From an uncultured Bacteroides sp. (GTDB lineage Bacteria; Bacteroidota; Bacteroidia; Bacteroidales; Muribaculaceae): DNA of 64,000 nt. Below, piece by piece: positions 26,077-36,240 of this stretch; positions within the stretch are counted from its first letter, which is position 1, and each line of letters starts with the position of its first letter. A program made the translations under genes and the position numbers. Under the pieces are notes generated by a model that was not told the DNA's origin, searched no databases, and was given only the letters and a program-made list of their open reading frames with translations. The DNA is taken from NCBI GenBank assembly GCA_964493495.1, contig CAZBNM010000003.1:2610-66609 (forward strand), read 5' to 3'.

Positions 26077-27048
26077 ATGGCTAATGATTTAAAAAACAGC
26101 GTGATTGCCGCTCTGCGTCCCGAACTGGATGCAAACGGTCTAATCGGCCTCGACGAGGCAGCACGTCTTCTTGAAGATTTCGACTTCCAGCCCTATGCTG
26201 AGGATGCGTTGTCGTATTTCGATGCGGAAAGCGACACCTTTGACGTCGATTCCGACAACGGTACGCTCCGCCTGCTCGAAGTTGCAGAAGACGACATCGA
26301 TGAGAACGATGGCGAAAAGAAGTATCCCATCCCGCCCCGCGACTTCCAGTTCAACGGCAAGCTCATCAAGCTCATGAACTCCATGGCTGATGACAACACC
26401 CCTGAGGATGGCCTCTACTTCGCTCAGTTCGCTAAAGCTGCCAAGGAGCACAACCTCAGCATCCCTCCCCATGAGGATAAGCTCCTGAACTACTGCCGCC
26501 TGTATCCCCGCGTGTTCACCATCACCGTCGATCCATCGGCTTCTCAGAAGATCTTCATCAAGCCCATAAAGGGTTTCAAGAGCTATAAGAAGGACCGCAA
26601 GTACGGCGAAAAGACTTTCGGTTTCAAGACGCAGCACAATCCCGCCTATCATCAGGGCGTGATGGCTCCCGCCGCTAAGGAACGCAACCTCTCGCTTTAC
26701 TCGCTGGCCGACTTCGCATATTTCCCCACGCTCGTGCCCACCCTCAAGCAGCTCTACGATATGGCCGCACCTTCCGATGATCTCTTCATAATCGAAGGCG
26801 ACGTCAATCCCTACCGCATGCTCTGGAACAAGCTCGAGCGCGACTTCGCCGAGGCCGTGCGCCGCGAATATTCCGAGAGCGAGCAGCTCTTCCTGATGTC
26901 GCCCATCGGTGCCGACTTCCCCACCGGCTTCAAGACCATCGACGGCCGACGCATCTTCGGCTCCTGCGAGTTCAACAAGGTGCGCAACGCCGAGAGCTAC
27001 CAGCCCTGGCGCTTCACCGGTTTCTACGCCGACGAAGAGAACGCATAA
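26077..27048 (+). CDS. hypothetical protein; probable OST-HTH/LOTUS-like domain(s) plus partial DUF3825-like domain
   Basis: Strong codon bias, own promoter and terminator. GLYFAQF...KLLNYCRLYPRVF is LOTUS-like; LADFAYFP...FPTGF...QPWRFTGF is DUF3825-like. Confidence 0.6.
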   Translation: MANDLKNSVIAALRPELDANGLIGLDEAARLLEDFDFQPYAEDALSYFDAESDTFDVDSDNGTLRLLEVAEDDIDENDGEKKYPIPPRDFQFNGKLIKLMNSMADDNTPEDGLYFAQFAKAAKEHNLSIPPHEDKLLNYCRLYPRVFTITVDPSASQKIFIKPIKGFKSYKKDRKYGEKTFGFKTQHNPAYHQGVMAPAAKERNLSLYSLADFAYFPTLVPTLKQLYDMAAPSDDLFIIEGDVNPYRMLWNKLERDFAEAVRREYSESEQLFLMSPIGADFPTGFKTIDGRRIFGSCEFNKVRNAESYQPWRFTGFYADEENA

Positions 27049-27069
27049 TCCCCCTCCCCGACACCACAC

Positions 27070-27107
27070 ACAAATGCCGCGTCTCTCGGAGGAGACGCGG
27101 CATTTGT
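27070..27107. terminator. hairpin terminator between convergent genes
   Basis: Perfect 16-bp stem ACAAATGCCGCGTCTC / GAGACGCGGCATTTGT. Confidence 0.8.
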
Positions 27108-27137
27108 CGTATAGATGGCTGACGCGCGGGTGGAGGA

Positions 27138-28310
27138 TTATTTCAGGCTGAGGATGTCTGTGCCCGAGGGCGTCTGGAAGATCCGCAGCCCGAAACGCGC
27201 AACGCTGGCGTAGATCTCGTCCATGATTTCAGAAGCGCAGTGCTCGAAGGCCACCCAGTTTGTATCGGTGATGAAGAAGTACATCTGCACGGGCAGCCCC
27301 GAAGGAGTGGGCTCGAGCTGGCGCACCATCAGCGTCGATTTGTCGCTCACCAGAGGATGCCCTCCGATAAGCCTTTCGAGATAGCGCCGCAGCAGCCCAA
27401 GGTTAACGGCCCTGCCTCCTTGGCGCTCCTCCTCTGAGAGGAATCCTTCGCCCGCCAGACTGTCCACTTCCTCAGCAGTCAGATAGCGCACGCTGTTTAT
27501 GTCGATATAGATCGAACGGTCCACACGGCGTGCTCCCGCCTCCTTCATGGGAGTGTAATTGCGGAAGGGGCCCGAAACGAGCGAATAGGGAGGCACGGTC
27601 GTGACCGAGTTGTCCCAGTTGCGCACCTTCACGGTAGTGAGCGAAATGTCCGTCACCTCGCCGTTAGCGTCCAGGCCCGGCACGATGATCCAGTCGCCGC
27701 GGTGAAGCATGTGGTTGGCCGTGAGCTGGACTGAGGCCACAAGCCCCAGAATCGTGTCCTTGAACACCAGAGACAGCACAGCTGCCGATGCGCCTAAAGC
27801 CGTCAGTATGGTCATGGGCGTTTTGCCCACAAGCATGCTTACACCCACAATCACGCCGATGGCTATAAAGATGATCTTGAACATCTGGAAGACGCCCTTG
27901 ACGGCATAGCCCTTCGTACGCGGGCGTCGGCTCATGGCCGTGTAGAGATTGTCGCAGAAGACCATCAGTACGCGTATCAGGGCCCAGAGGATATAGAGAC
28001 TTGTGAGAGTCGACAGCCAGCGGAAGGTCTGAGGCGTGTGGCCGAACATGGCCGGAAGAAGCCAGTTTACCGTGATGGCCGGCGCAAGTTGCGACACTGC
28101 CCGCAGCAGTCGCGCGTTGAGCAGATCGTCGTCCCAGGTCGTGGCCGTGCGATGGATCAGTTTCTCGACAAGTTTCAGGGCATACGAGGCCAGATAGTAG
28201 GTGATGACGGCCACGGCAGCTATCGCCGCCAGTAGCACAACCGTCGAAAGCCATTCGGGCCATGTGGCCGGAATATGGCTCGTGATCAGGGTGCGGAGTT
28301 GTTCGAGCAT
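27138..28310 (-). CDS. MscS family mechanosensitive channel (YbdG-like)
   Basis: LVFKDTILGLVASVQL, GDWI, TTVKVRNWDNSVTTVP and FQTPSG motifs. Confidence 0.93.
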   Translation of the reverse strand: MLEQLRTLITSHIPATWPEWLSTVVLLAAIAAVAVITYYLASYALKLVEKLIHRTATTWDDDLLNARLLRAVSQLAPAITVNWLLPAMFGHTPQTFRWLSTLTSLYILWALIRVLMVFCDNLYTAMSRRPRTKGYAVKGVFQMFKIIFIAIGVIVGVSMLVGKTPMTILTALGASAAVLSLVFKDTILGLVASVQLTANHMLHRGDWIIVPGLDANGEVTDISLTTVKVRNWDNSVTTVPPYSLVSGPFRNYTPMKEAGARRVDRSIYIDINSVRYLTAEEVDSLAGEGFLSEEERQGGRAVNLGLLRRYLERLIGGHPLVSDKSTLMVRQLEPTPSGLPVQMYFFITDTNWVAFEHCASEIMDEIYASVARFGLRIFQTPSGTDILSLK

Positions 28311-28343
28311 TGCGTGTATTGGAGGGTGAGGGGTGGTGGGTTA

Positions 28344-28883
28344 TCAGTCTGTTTCGCGGAAGCGGCGTCCGGGCGGCGTCAGCCGGAAGGCTTCCTCGTT
28401 GTAGCGCTCGCCGAAAGAGAGGTCAATCCCCGCATCGAGGAGCTGGCGTGCGGCGCTCGCCCCGCCTCGGAAGCCATGCAGGATCCATTGTCCCGAAGGG
28501 TGAAGGCGACGCAGACGCAGCAGCCTGTCCTGCGCCCGCACGCAGTGGATGACGAGGGGTAGTCCCAGACGCTCGGCAAGCGAGATCTGCGCCTCGAAAA
28601 GCGCCTCCTGTTCGGCCAGCGGCGCTCCGCGCAGCTTGTCGAGGCCACATTCGCCGATAGCCACCACGCGGGTATCCTCTGTGGCCGTGCGTTCGAGCTC
28701 GGCAAGCTTTTCCGGCGATGCGGGCGTGTTCCACGGATGTATCCCCATGCTGTAGAAGCCATCGGGAGCCATCGGTTCGCCGGGGCTGATGCTGAGCACG
28801 CGATCAGCCCCCGGCTCCAGGCCGTGGGCGTGTATGTTCTCGAAGCTCGCGATGTCGCGGCGTGAGGCTGCGCGAGTGGTCAT
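28344..28883 (-). CDS. tatD: TatD family hydrolase (short form)
   Basis: [25 protein letters not shown] and terminal ETD. Confidence 0.85.
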   Translation of the reverse strand: MTTRAASRRDIASFENIHAHGLEPGADRVLSISPGEPMAPDGFYSMGIHPWNTPASPEKLAELERTATEDTRVVAIGECGLDKLRGAPLAEQEALFEAQISLAERLGLPLVIHCVRAQDRLLRLRRLHPSGQWILHGFRGGASAARQLLDAGIDLSFGERYNEEAFRLTPPGRRFRETD

Positions 28884-29125
28884 GGCACTGGATCATAGCC
28901 GCTGCCTCCCCATGGATGGCAGCGCAGTATTCTGCGGATTGCAAGCCACGAGCCCCGGAAAGGGCCGTGACGCCGCAGGGCCTCGAGCGCATAGGCGCTG
29001 CAGGTGGGTGTGAAGCGGCAGCTCGGTGGCGTGAAGGGCGAGATGCACGAGCGATAGAAATGAATGGGCAGGCAGAGAAGCCACACGGCGCCTGCTCGAA
29101 GCGAGGCCGCGGGCCGGCGTGTCAT
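28880..29125 (-). CDS. yidD: membrane protein insertion efficiency factor YidD
   Basis: [11 protein letters not shown]...[17 protein letters not shown]. Confidence 0.95.
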   Translation of the reverse strand: MTRRPAASLRAGAVWLLCLPIHFYRSCISPFTPPSCRFTPTCSAYALEALRRHGPFRGSWLAIRRILRCHPWGGSGYDPVP

Positions 29126-29541
29126 GGCTCGGCCTCCTCCGGGGCGGCGGATGAAGGGAAGGCTTGCGATAGGCTGCCCAGAAGACGCAGCATGGCTTTC
29201 TCGATGTCGGAGTAGGTGCTCAGGCCGTTCGCCACATAAACGAGGCCCAGATCGAGCCGTATACCTTCCTCAAGCAGAAATTCGCGGTGATGCAGACGGT
29301 AGGCCTCGCGTATCCGCCGGCGCATGGCCACGCGGTCCACCGCATGCCGCAGCCGCTTCTTGGGCACGGAAATCATGAAAGCCACGGGGGCATCGGAGCG
29401 GCGTCCCGGATTGCGCCGTGCAACGGCACGAAGCGGAAACGCCAGACGTGCAAAGTCAGCACCGCCGGGGCCAAAAAGTTTCTCTATGGCCACGGCGGAG
29501 CAAAGTTTTTCTTTCTTATAGAGTCGGAGATTATCAGGCAT
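29122..29541 (-). CDS. rnpA: ribonuclease P protein component
   Basis: KKEKLCS...[26 protein letters not shown] (RNR-like motif). Start ATG 29541 overlaps the hemD stop. Confidence 0.9.
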   Translation of the reverse strand: MPDNLRLYKKEKLCSAVAIEKLFGPGGADFARLAFPLRAVARRNPGRRSDAPVAFMISVPKKRLRHAVDRVAMRRRIREAYRLHHREFLLEEGIRLDLGLVYVANGLSTYSDIEKAMLRLLGSLSQAFPSSAAPEEAEP

Positions 29542-30313
29542 CGGCCGGGTCCTCTCCACCCTCGGCGGGTGCGTTGCTTTTTGCCAGATAAGCGTCCATT
29601 GCGGCTGCCATGGAGGGTGCCTTTTCAGTGGGTGCCTCGATGTCGACGCGCAGCCCGGCTTCACGAGCCGCCTGGGTGGCCGGCGCACCGAAGGTTGCCA
29701 CGGCGATGTCGCCCTGCTGGAAGTCGGGGAAGTTTTTAAGCAGCGACTCGATGCCTTGCGGGCTGAAGAACACCAGCATGTCGTAGTCGAATGCCTCGTC
29801 CGGACCGAAGTCGTTGCTCACGGTGCGATACATGGCCGCACGCGCGAAATCCAGCTTGAGGCTCTCGAGATATGCGGCGTCACCGCCTGTATTCACGTCC
29901 GAGACGGCCAGCAGGAACTTCTCGTTCTTGTTCTTCACCAGCTGAGGCTGAAGGCCGTCGAGCTTCCCGGTGGGAGAGGCGAAGATCTTGCGTTTGCGGT
30001 AGACGATATATTTTTGCAGATAGTTAGCCACGCTCTCCGAGGTGCAGAAGTACTTCATGGTTGCAGGCACCGTGAAACGAGCTTCCTCGCAAAGACGGAA
30101 GTAGTGGTCAACCGCCGTTTTGGCTGTGAATATCACAGCCGTATAGTCCGGAAGATTGATTTTCTGTGCTCTGAAGTCGCGCGAAGACACGCCTTCCACC
30201 TTGATAAAAGGCCGGAAAACCACCTCTACGCCGTATTTGTTCGCTATGTCGAAATAGGGCGATCTATCGTTGGCCGGCCGGGGCTGTGACACCAGTATCT
30301 TGTTAACTTTCAC
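29534..30313 (-). CDS. hemD: uroporphyrinogen-III synthase (Bacteroidales type)
   Basis: KILVSQP..P...SPY, FRPFIKVEG, YLQKYIVYRKRKIF and FFSPQGI motifs. Confidence 0.88.
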   Translation of the reverse strand: MKVNKILVSQPRPANDRSPYFDIANKYGVEVVFRPFIKVEGVSSRDFRAQKINLPDYTAVIFTAKTAVDHYFRLCEEARFTVPATMKYFCTSESVANYLQKYIVYRKRKIFASPTGKLDGLQPQLVKNKNEKFLLAVSDVNTGGDAAYLESLKLDFARAAMYRTVSNDFGPDEAFDYDMLVFFSPQGIESLLKNFPDFQQGDIAVATFGAPATQAAREAGLRVDIEAPTEKAPSMAAAMDAYLAKSNAPAEGGEDPADA

Positions 30314-30367
30314 GCTGAAATGTGGTTTATTGATTTGTCATTTACCGTCTGCCGGGAGCTTGCTGAA

Positions 30368-31270
30368 TCATAGGTCTGCGCCCATGAGTAGAGGATAGAT
30401 TCTCAGCAGGGCCAGTAGCGGTATCACTTCGAGAGTGCAAAGGTACAAAATAAAATAAAGCAAAGAGGGAAATCCCTCAAAAAAAATTCTAATACCTTTG
30501 GTAATGAATACGCAACGGAACAGCAAAACCACGCCCAAGGATAGCGGGGCGAGCACCTGGAGCCACTCGGGAAAGAACAGCAGCAACAAGGCCGGGATAA
30601 ACAGACACAGCCCCGTGAACACCACCGAGGCCGTGAAACCCTGCATCCAGCGCTTGCGCGGCCCTGTATATGTGAAGGCATAGCCCGTGAGCCAGTAGGA
30701 GCAATATTCGAATACGAAGAATGCTGCCGCGAGGGCTACACCGGCCAGAATCGAGAACGTCGTCAACGCCCCGAAACACAGCGACGCGCAAACTCCGCAC
30801 ACGATCACCGCTCCCGCTGTGAGAAACATGCGCATTACTGCCAGGCCGCCGGCACTGTCGTCGTCGAACGCGTTGCGGCGTGGACGCACGCTCCAGAGCT
30901 CCGACCGATAGTGGGCCATGGTGCGCCGGAAGGCCGTGGGATTACACCCGGCCCCGACAAATAGAGCCAGCAGTATTGCCGGAATCACCGACTGCTGGCC
31001 GGGGAATGTGTGCAGAGCCTCCGGGCGCAGGCCGTCAAGCCTTCCCACAGGGTCGATGGGCACGGAAGCGACGATCGAGTCGAGCTGCGCGGCGCTTACC
31101 GAGTCGTTCCCAACGGGGAGGATCCGCGCCGTACTGTCGGCCTGTGCAATGCCATCTCCCGCTGGCCACGCATCTTCCGGCAGCGGATGCAGCTGCGGCG
31201 CAAGCGAGTCCGAAAGATTTTCCGCGGATGCTGCGCCGGGGCGCCCGAGATATGTGCTGTCCGTGCTCAT
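30368..31270 (-). CDS. DUF4271-family membrane protein
   Basis: Multi-TM with C-terminal YFILYLCTLEVIP; immediately upstream of hemD. Confidence 0.8.
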   Translation of the reverse strand: MSTDSTYLGRPGAASAENLSDSLAPQLHPLPEDAWPAGDGIAQADSTARILPVGNDSVSAAQLDSIVASVPIDPVGRLDGLRPEALHTFPGQQSVIPAILLALFVGAGCNPTAFRRTMAHYRSELWSVRPRRNAFDDDSAGGLAVMRMFLTAGAVIVCGVCASLCFGALTTFSILAGVALAAAFFVFEYCSYWLTGYAFTYTGPRKRWMQGFTASVVFTGLCLFIPALLLLFFPEWLQVLAPLSLGVVLLFRCVFITKGIRIFFEGFPSLLYFILYLCTLEVIPLLALLRIYPLLMGADL

Positions 31271-31276
31271 TATCGA

Positions 31277-31828
31277 CTATTTCCCAAGCGCGAGCCGCAC
31301 GGCCTCTTCCGGGTCGGCGGTCAGAAGATAAAGATTATCGCTGCCGGGACGCATGAAGCCATCGGCTGCAGCCTTTTCAAGCATCTGAATGAAGGGTGCG
31401 TAATAATCCGATGTGTTCAGGATCACCACAGGGCCGTCGTAAAGTTTAAGCTGACGCCATGTGAGCATTTCGCACAGTTCATCGAAGGTGCCTATACCGC
31501 CCGGAAGTGCTATCGCACCCCGCGAAAGCTGCGCCATGAGCGATTTCCGCTTGTGCATCGTGGGTGTCACACGCACATCCGTGAGTCTCGGATGCGTCCA
31601 CCCCCTCTCGGCCATGAACGCCGGAATCACGCCGATGCAACGCCCTCCTGCCGCGAGAGCGCCTTCTATGGCAGCCCCCATCAGTCCGCGGGCCCCGGCG
31701 CCGTTAATGAGTGGCACGCCCGCCAGGGCAATCGCACGGCCCACGGCCATGGCAGCTTCCTTGAATTCAGGGGCTATACGGTCCGATGACGCACCGTAGA
31801 CTACAATTCCGGATTCGATGTGGTTCAT
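31277..31828 (-). CDS. LOG family (TIGR00730) phosphoribohydrolase
   Basis: GLMGA, MHKRK and PGGIGTFDE motifs. Confidence 0.93.
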   Translation of the reverse strand: MNHIESGIVVYGASSDRIAPEFKEAAMAVGRAIALAGVPLINGAGARGLMGAAIEGALAAGGRCIGVIPAFMAERGWTHPRLTDVRVTPTMHKRKSLMAQLSRGAIALPGGIGTFDELCEMLTWRQLKLYDGPVVILNTSDYYAPFIQMLEKAAADGFMRPGSDNLYLLTADPEEAVRLALGK

Positions 31829-31899
31829 GTCTTATTTTTTATGTGCAAAAATAGCAATTTATTTCGGGCTCTGCAAGCCTTGCGTGCGCAGCCGGACGT

Positions 31900-32619
31900 T
31901 CAGGAGTTGGCAAGTCCGATGGCAAACAGGCTCACCGAGGCCGCCCCTGCCGACATAAGGGCGCGCGCAGCCTCGGCGGCGGTCGACCCCGTAGTGATGA
32001 TGTCGTCGATAATTGCCACGTCCAGACCCCGGATTTCATCGGGGTGCTCCACGCGGAAGAGACCGTGCACGTTGCGACGCCGCTCCTCGGCCGAGCGCCG
32101 CGTCTGTGTGGCGTGGGAGCGGACGGTGGCCAGATTGTCGCCGACAGGTATGCCCGTGATGCTTTCAAGTCCGCAGGCAATACGTTCGCTCTGATTGTAG
32201 CCACGCTTCATTTCCTTGCGCCAGTGCATGCCCACCGGCAGAAACACCTCCACGCGGGAGGCAAGGTCTGGAATATCGGCGAGCAGTTCCGTGCCGTATG
32301 CCCGCCCCATCTCCACACCCCATGACGGACGGCCGTGATACTTCAGCCCGCGCACGAGGGCGGCATAGGGCGAATTACGGCTGTAATAGAACCATGCACC
32401 GGCCAGCTTCAGGGGCGGCCCGTCGGCCAGGCGCTCCTGCACGGCGTTGAGGCCGCGCGAGACGGGCGAAGCAGTGTGCATCCCTGTCCTCGGGAGATTT
32501 ATATAACACTCCAGACAGAGAAGCGGGCCTTCCCCGCTCCCCAGCGATCGCCCGCATACCTTGCACACCCGGGGCACCAGCAGTTCGCTTGCCGTGGCGA
32601 ATATCCGTCGCATATCCAT
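31900..32619 (-). CDS. comF: ComF family protein (double Zn ribbon plus PRTase)
   Basis: CKVC...CLEC, RGYNQS and IIDDIITTGST motifs. Confidence 0.9.
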   Translation of the reverse strand: MDMRRIFATASELLVPRVCKVCGRSLGSGEGPLLCLECYINLPRTGMHTASPVSRGLNAVQERLADGPPLKLAGAWFYYSRNSPYAALVRGLKYHGRPSWGVEMGRAYGTELLADIPDLASRVEVFLPVGMHWRKEMKRGYNQSERIACGLESITGIPVGDNLATVRSHATQTRRSAEERRRNVHGLFRVEHPDEIRGLDVAIIDDIITTGSTAAEAARALMSAGAASVSLFAIGLANS

Positions 32620-32712
32620 TTCGCATGCAAAGATAAGACTTTCTTTTGTCCTGCCGCTAAAAATAACTAACTTTGTGTCGCAGAGGCTCTCCTGCCCTCA
32701 TCAGTAAATCAT

Positions 32713-33192
32713 ATGATTCTTTTATCGATTTTTCAAAGCATAGAATTCTACGTCATAGCCGCAGTCATAGCCGCCGCTGTAGTTGCCGCTGCCGTCAAAC
32801 CCCGCGACAAGAAGCCCGTGGTAACGCGTTTCTATGGGGGCATCCTTCTCGACGATGGCGCAGCGGCCGAGGTCGAGCCGGCCTCAATCATTCTGCATGT
32901 CGATGAAGATGGCCGCGAACTCGTGCTGGAGCGTCGCGGCCTCGGTGGGGTGAATCTTGATTCGGGTGCTTATTCTGTGGCTGTGTCGGTATCGGGGTTC
33001 GATATTATCATTGACGAGCGGCTCACATTCGGCAATCCGGGAGGCCCCTTTGCAACAGGTGCCGAAGTGCGCATCGACAATCCGGGTCCTGAGCGCTTCC
33101 ATTTTCTCTACCGTAGCGAAGCATTGGGCCGCAACTGCGCCTTTACGCTTTCTATGCGTCCGGGCTCGCGTCTGGAGCGGGAGCTTGTGTAG
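32713..33192 (+). CDS. hypothetical membrane-anchored protein
   Basis: N-terminal TM (FYVIAAVIAAAVVAAAV); TAACTTTG promoter at 32668; 3' end overlaps the MscS gene. Confidence 0.7.
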   Translation: MILLSIFQSIEFYVIAAVIAAAVVAAAVKPRDKKPVVTRFYGGILLDDGAAAEVEPASIILHVDEDGRELVLERRGLGGVNLDSGAYSVAVSVSGFDIIIDERLTFGNPGGPFATGAEVRIDNPGPERFHFLYRSEALGRNCAFTLSMRPGSRLERELV

Positions 33193-34669
33193 GCGCTGCC
33201 CCCTGCGGCCCGCGGTCGGCGTAGGGTGAGGCTGCGTTGGGATAGTACTGTTTTGAGCCGACGCGTGAGGAGGCAGGACCGTCGGGGGCGTCCGGACTCT
33301 GGAAGAAGGGATAGGGAACACCGAACACGCGGTCGATGTCGCCGCCGGGGCTGAGATAGCCTTCCACCACAGTGTCGCGGCTCGAAGGATTCTCGAAAGT
33401 ATAGAGCTGGAAGAAGCGAAGCATGGCTGCCAGTTGCTCGAAAACCGTGTCCTGTATGGCCTCGTAGGGGAACCACTTGGACGTGTTGGTGAAGCAGTAG
33501 ACCTGGAAGGGGATGCCCGATGCCGTCTGCGGCAGCGTCGATACGAAGCAGTCGCTATCGTGCGAGATATGCGGATTGGCGTCAAGCCACATCTTGAAAT
33601 ACGCTCGGAAGAGGCCGAGATTCGTGTCGATGGTGCCGTCCACGAGGCCTTCGGGATTGTCCACATCGGCCACTTTGCCTGCGGCCTTCTGGGCCAGCTT
33701 CTTGGTGATGTATTCGTCCATGAAAGGCACCTGACGGATATTGTCGAGCATCTGCGGAGTCGTGGGCAGCACGGAATCCGCATCGATCATATATGAGCGG
33801 CAGATGCGGCGTGTATTGCTCTGCTGCATGCTTCGGTAGTTCGTGAAGCCACCCGTGATGAGGCTGTAGGGTGGAAGGGTGGTTGTAGTCTTGTCCCAGT
33901 TCTGGACCTTCACGGCCGTGAGGGATACTTCCTCCACCGTGCCGTTGGCATTGGTGCCCTGAACGGCTATCCAGTCGCCCACATGGAGTGAGTCGTTTTC
34001 AGCCAGCTGAACACCGGCCACAACGCCGAGAATACTGTCCTTGAAAACCAACATCAGCACTGCTGCAAAGGCGCCGAGACCTGCCAGAAGCGCACCCGGC
34101 GACTTGTCCACGATGATGCCCACCACGGTGATGATGGCGATGATCCATATAATGCCGCGCACCAGCTGGGCCAGTCCGTTCAGAGGGAGTTTGCGTTTGT
34201 TCTCTTTGGCATCGAGGTGTATCCACACGGCAACGACAAGCGCCGAGAGCGTCGCTGCCATCACGAAAACGATATAGATGAGCGAGGCGCGGGTGAGCCA
34301 CATCGAAAGCATATTGTGGTTGGAGAGAGTGAACTGTATCAGGATCAGGAATACCAGCGGGGGTATTATGCGGCATAGCTTGGTGAAGAAGCGCACGTTC
34401 GTCAGGCTGCGGTATATGCCGCTGTTCCATCGGCGCGCCACCAGACGCACCAGGCCGAGAATCATCCACTGCACTATCCAGCCCGCCACAAGCGAAATGC
34501 CCAGAACGACCGCCGCATAGAGGAAAGTGACGAGCGTCTGGTTGTGCTCCAGACCCACGCCTCCGAGTATCCAGTCCACGACCTTCATTATAAACTGCGC
34601 GATGGCGTAGGACGAGCCCGTGCTGTCGCCGACAAAATGGGTTACATCGTATGGAGTGTTTGCCAACAT
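33152..34669 (-). CDS. MscS family mechanosensitive channel, second paralogue
   Basis: LMLVFKDSILGVVAGVQL, VGDWI and VKVQNWDKTTTTLPPY motifs. Confidence 0.93.
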   Translation of the reverse strand: MLANTPYDVTHFVGDSTGSSYAIAQFIMKVVDWILGGVGLEHNQTLVTFLYAAVVLGISLVAGWIVQWMILGLVRLVARRWNSGIYRSLTNVRFFTKLCRIIPPLVFLILIQFTLSNHNMLSMWLTRASLIYIVFVMAATLSALVVAVWIHLDAKENKRKLPLNGLAQLVRGIIWIIAIITVVGIIVDKSPGALLAGLGAFAAVLMLVFKDSILGVVAGVQLAENDSLHVGDWIAVQGTNANGTVEEVSLTAVKVQNWDKTTTTLPPYSLITGGFTNYRSMQQSNTRRICRSYMIDADSVLPTTPQMLDNIRQVPFMDEYITKKLAQKAAGKVADVDNPEGLVDGTIDTNLGLFRAYFKMWLDANPHISHDSDCFVSTLPQTASGIPFQVYCFTNTSKWFPYEAIQDTVFEQLAAMLRFFQLYTFENPSSRDTVVEGYLSPGGDIDRVFGVPYPFFQSPDAPDGPASSRVGSKQYYPNAASPYADRGPQGAAPTQAPAPDASPDA

Positions 34670-34750
34670 GATGAATTCGGATTAGATGAGTGTGAAATAA
34701 AAGTTGGTGTTCATCATGTAGAACAAGCCGGGAGGCCCCATTGTTCGCCC

Positions 34751-36238
34751 CTATTGATCCTGCTTCTCCTCGAGCAATGCTCCGGGAGGCGCGATCAGAT
34801 ACAGCCTTCGCCGCGCACGCGTCACGGCCGTGTAGAGCCAGCGGTACAGTTCCATGCCCAGGGCTTCCGTCGGGATATAACTTAAGTCGATGAATACGTT
34901 GCTCCATTGGCCACCCTGAGCCTTGTGGCAGGTGACGGCATAGGCGAATTTAACCTGCAGGGCGTTCCAGTAGGGATTGGTGGCCAGAGAACGCAGCCGA
35001 GCATCGGCTGAAGCATCCGGAGGGAAACTTTCGGGGTCGTAGACTATGCCGTAGTAGAGCGCGTTGTACTGCTCTGTGGGCAGCGTGGCGCCCTCGGTGT
35101 AAAGCCCGTCTATAAGTATTTTTGTGTCGAAACTGACAGCGTCGCCGATGCGTACGCACACGTCTGCGAAGCGCAATCCGTAGCGCATCTCCGTGCCGTA
35201 CACCTTCTCCACAAGCAGCATATCCCCATTGGCCACAAAATCCACTCCCCTTGGCTTGGCCCCTGGGAAATAATGGTTTTTCGATACAATGAGCATATCC
35301 CCGGGAGCTAATTCCTCTTCGCGGTAGAGCACGAGGTTGCGCACGCCCATGTTATACTCCAGCGCCCGGCGGTTGCTCCTGGTGATCATCACTGTTTCGC
35401 CCATGCCGTCCTCGCGGTAGCATTTGTCTATCAGTTCAGGCAGATCTTCGGCATTGTCTATAACCACGACGTCCTCGAGTCCGCTTGTGCGCAGTTTGGG
35501 CACGAGTGCTGCCTGTTCGGCTGTGTCGAGAGGGCGGTCGCCCGCAGCAGTCAGCGCCTTGCGGCAGGCCAGCATGGCGCGCCTGAGCCGCGTGGCGTTG
35601 AAGAGAATGCCCGAGTCGGCCGCCTGGCGGGCAGTCTCCGTAAGTGTTGCCGCCGAGACCCGTAAGCCGTAGGATCTGAGCACTTCCGGATTCATCGCCG
35701 GGGAAAACGACGAGCCTACCGGCGGGAGCTGCGCCGTGTCGCCAACGAGTATCAGGCGGCAATTGTCGCCGGAATAGACGTAGGTTATCAGATCTTCGAG
35801 CAACCCGCCCCGGCCGTCGCCGCCGATCATGGAGGCCTCATCGACGATGAACACCATGTTGCGGGCCGTGTTTTCGCGTGTCAGGGCCGGTCCGCGGGGT
35901 GTATCTGCGTCCGGTGCGCCCTGAGGCATGTGGCGATAGATCTTGCGGTGGATCGTCCATGCCGGGTGTCCTCCGGAGTTGGCGGAAAATACTTTCGCCG
36001 CCCGCCCCGTCGGAGCCATGAGCATGCACTTGATGCCCGAACTTTCAAGCATACGCACCAGAGCGCCCGTGAGCGAGGTTTTGCCCGTACCGGCATAGCC
36101 GTTGAGCACGAACACCACATCCTCGCGCGGCGAAGCGCAGAAGCGTGCCAGCGCGTGCGCCACGCAGCGCTGCTGCTCGTTGGGCGTGTAGGGCAACAGC
36201 CCCAGAAGTTCTTCTCCAAATTCCTCGGGCGGGAGCAT
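34751..36238 (-). CDS. RecD-like SF1B ATP-dependent DNA helicase (AAA_30 plus UvrD_C)
   Basis: GYAGTGKT, APTGRAA, IVDEASM, GDTAQLPPV, RQ, YAVTCHKAQG and YTAVTRA motifs. Confidence 0.92.
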   Translation of the reverse strand: MLPPEEFGEELLGLLPYTPNEQQRCVAHALARFCASPREDVVFVLNGYAGTGKTSLTGALVRMLESSGIKCMLMAPTGRAAKVFSANSGGHPAWTIHRKIYRHMPQGAPDADTPRGPALTRENTARNMVFIVDEASMIGGDGRGGLLEDLITYVYSGDNCRLILVGDTAQLPPVGSSFSPAMNPEVLRSYGLRVSAATLTETARQAADSGILFNATRLRRAMLACRKALTAAGDRPLDTAEQAALVPKLRTSGLEDVVVIDNAEDLPELIDKCYREDGMGETVMITRSNRRALEYNMGVRNLVLYREEELAPGDMLIVSKNHYFPGAKPRGVDFVANGDMLLVEKVYGTEMRYGLRFADVCVRIGDAVSFDTKILIDGLYTEGATLPTEQYNALYYGIVYDPESFPPDASADARLRSLATNPYWNALQVKFAYAVTCHKAQGGQWSNVFIDLSYIPTEALGMELYRWLYTAVTRARRRLYLIAPPGALLEEKQDQ

Positions 36239-36240
36239 GG

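Noticed and set aside
26140-27069. 309-aa antisense ORF over the LOTUS-like gene
   Set aside because: Mirror-frame artefact of codon bias; promoter and terminator support the + strand gene.
28344-28883. tatD as a pseudogene because it ends at the ETD motif
   Set aside because: All metal-binding motifs are present and there is no frameshift evidence; treated as a short variant.
28880-31270. rnpA-yidD away from rpmH/yidC and next to hemD
   Set aside because: As I recall, DUF4271-hemD-rnpA-yidD-tatD is the usual Bacteroidales arrangement, so not novel.
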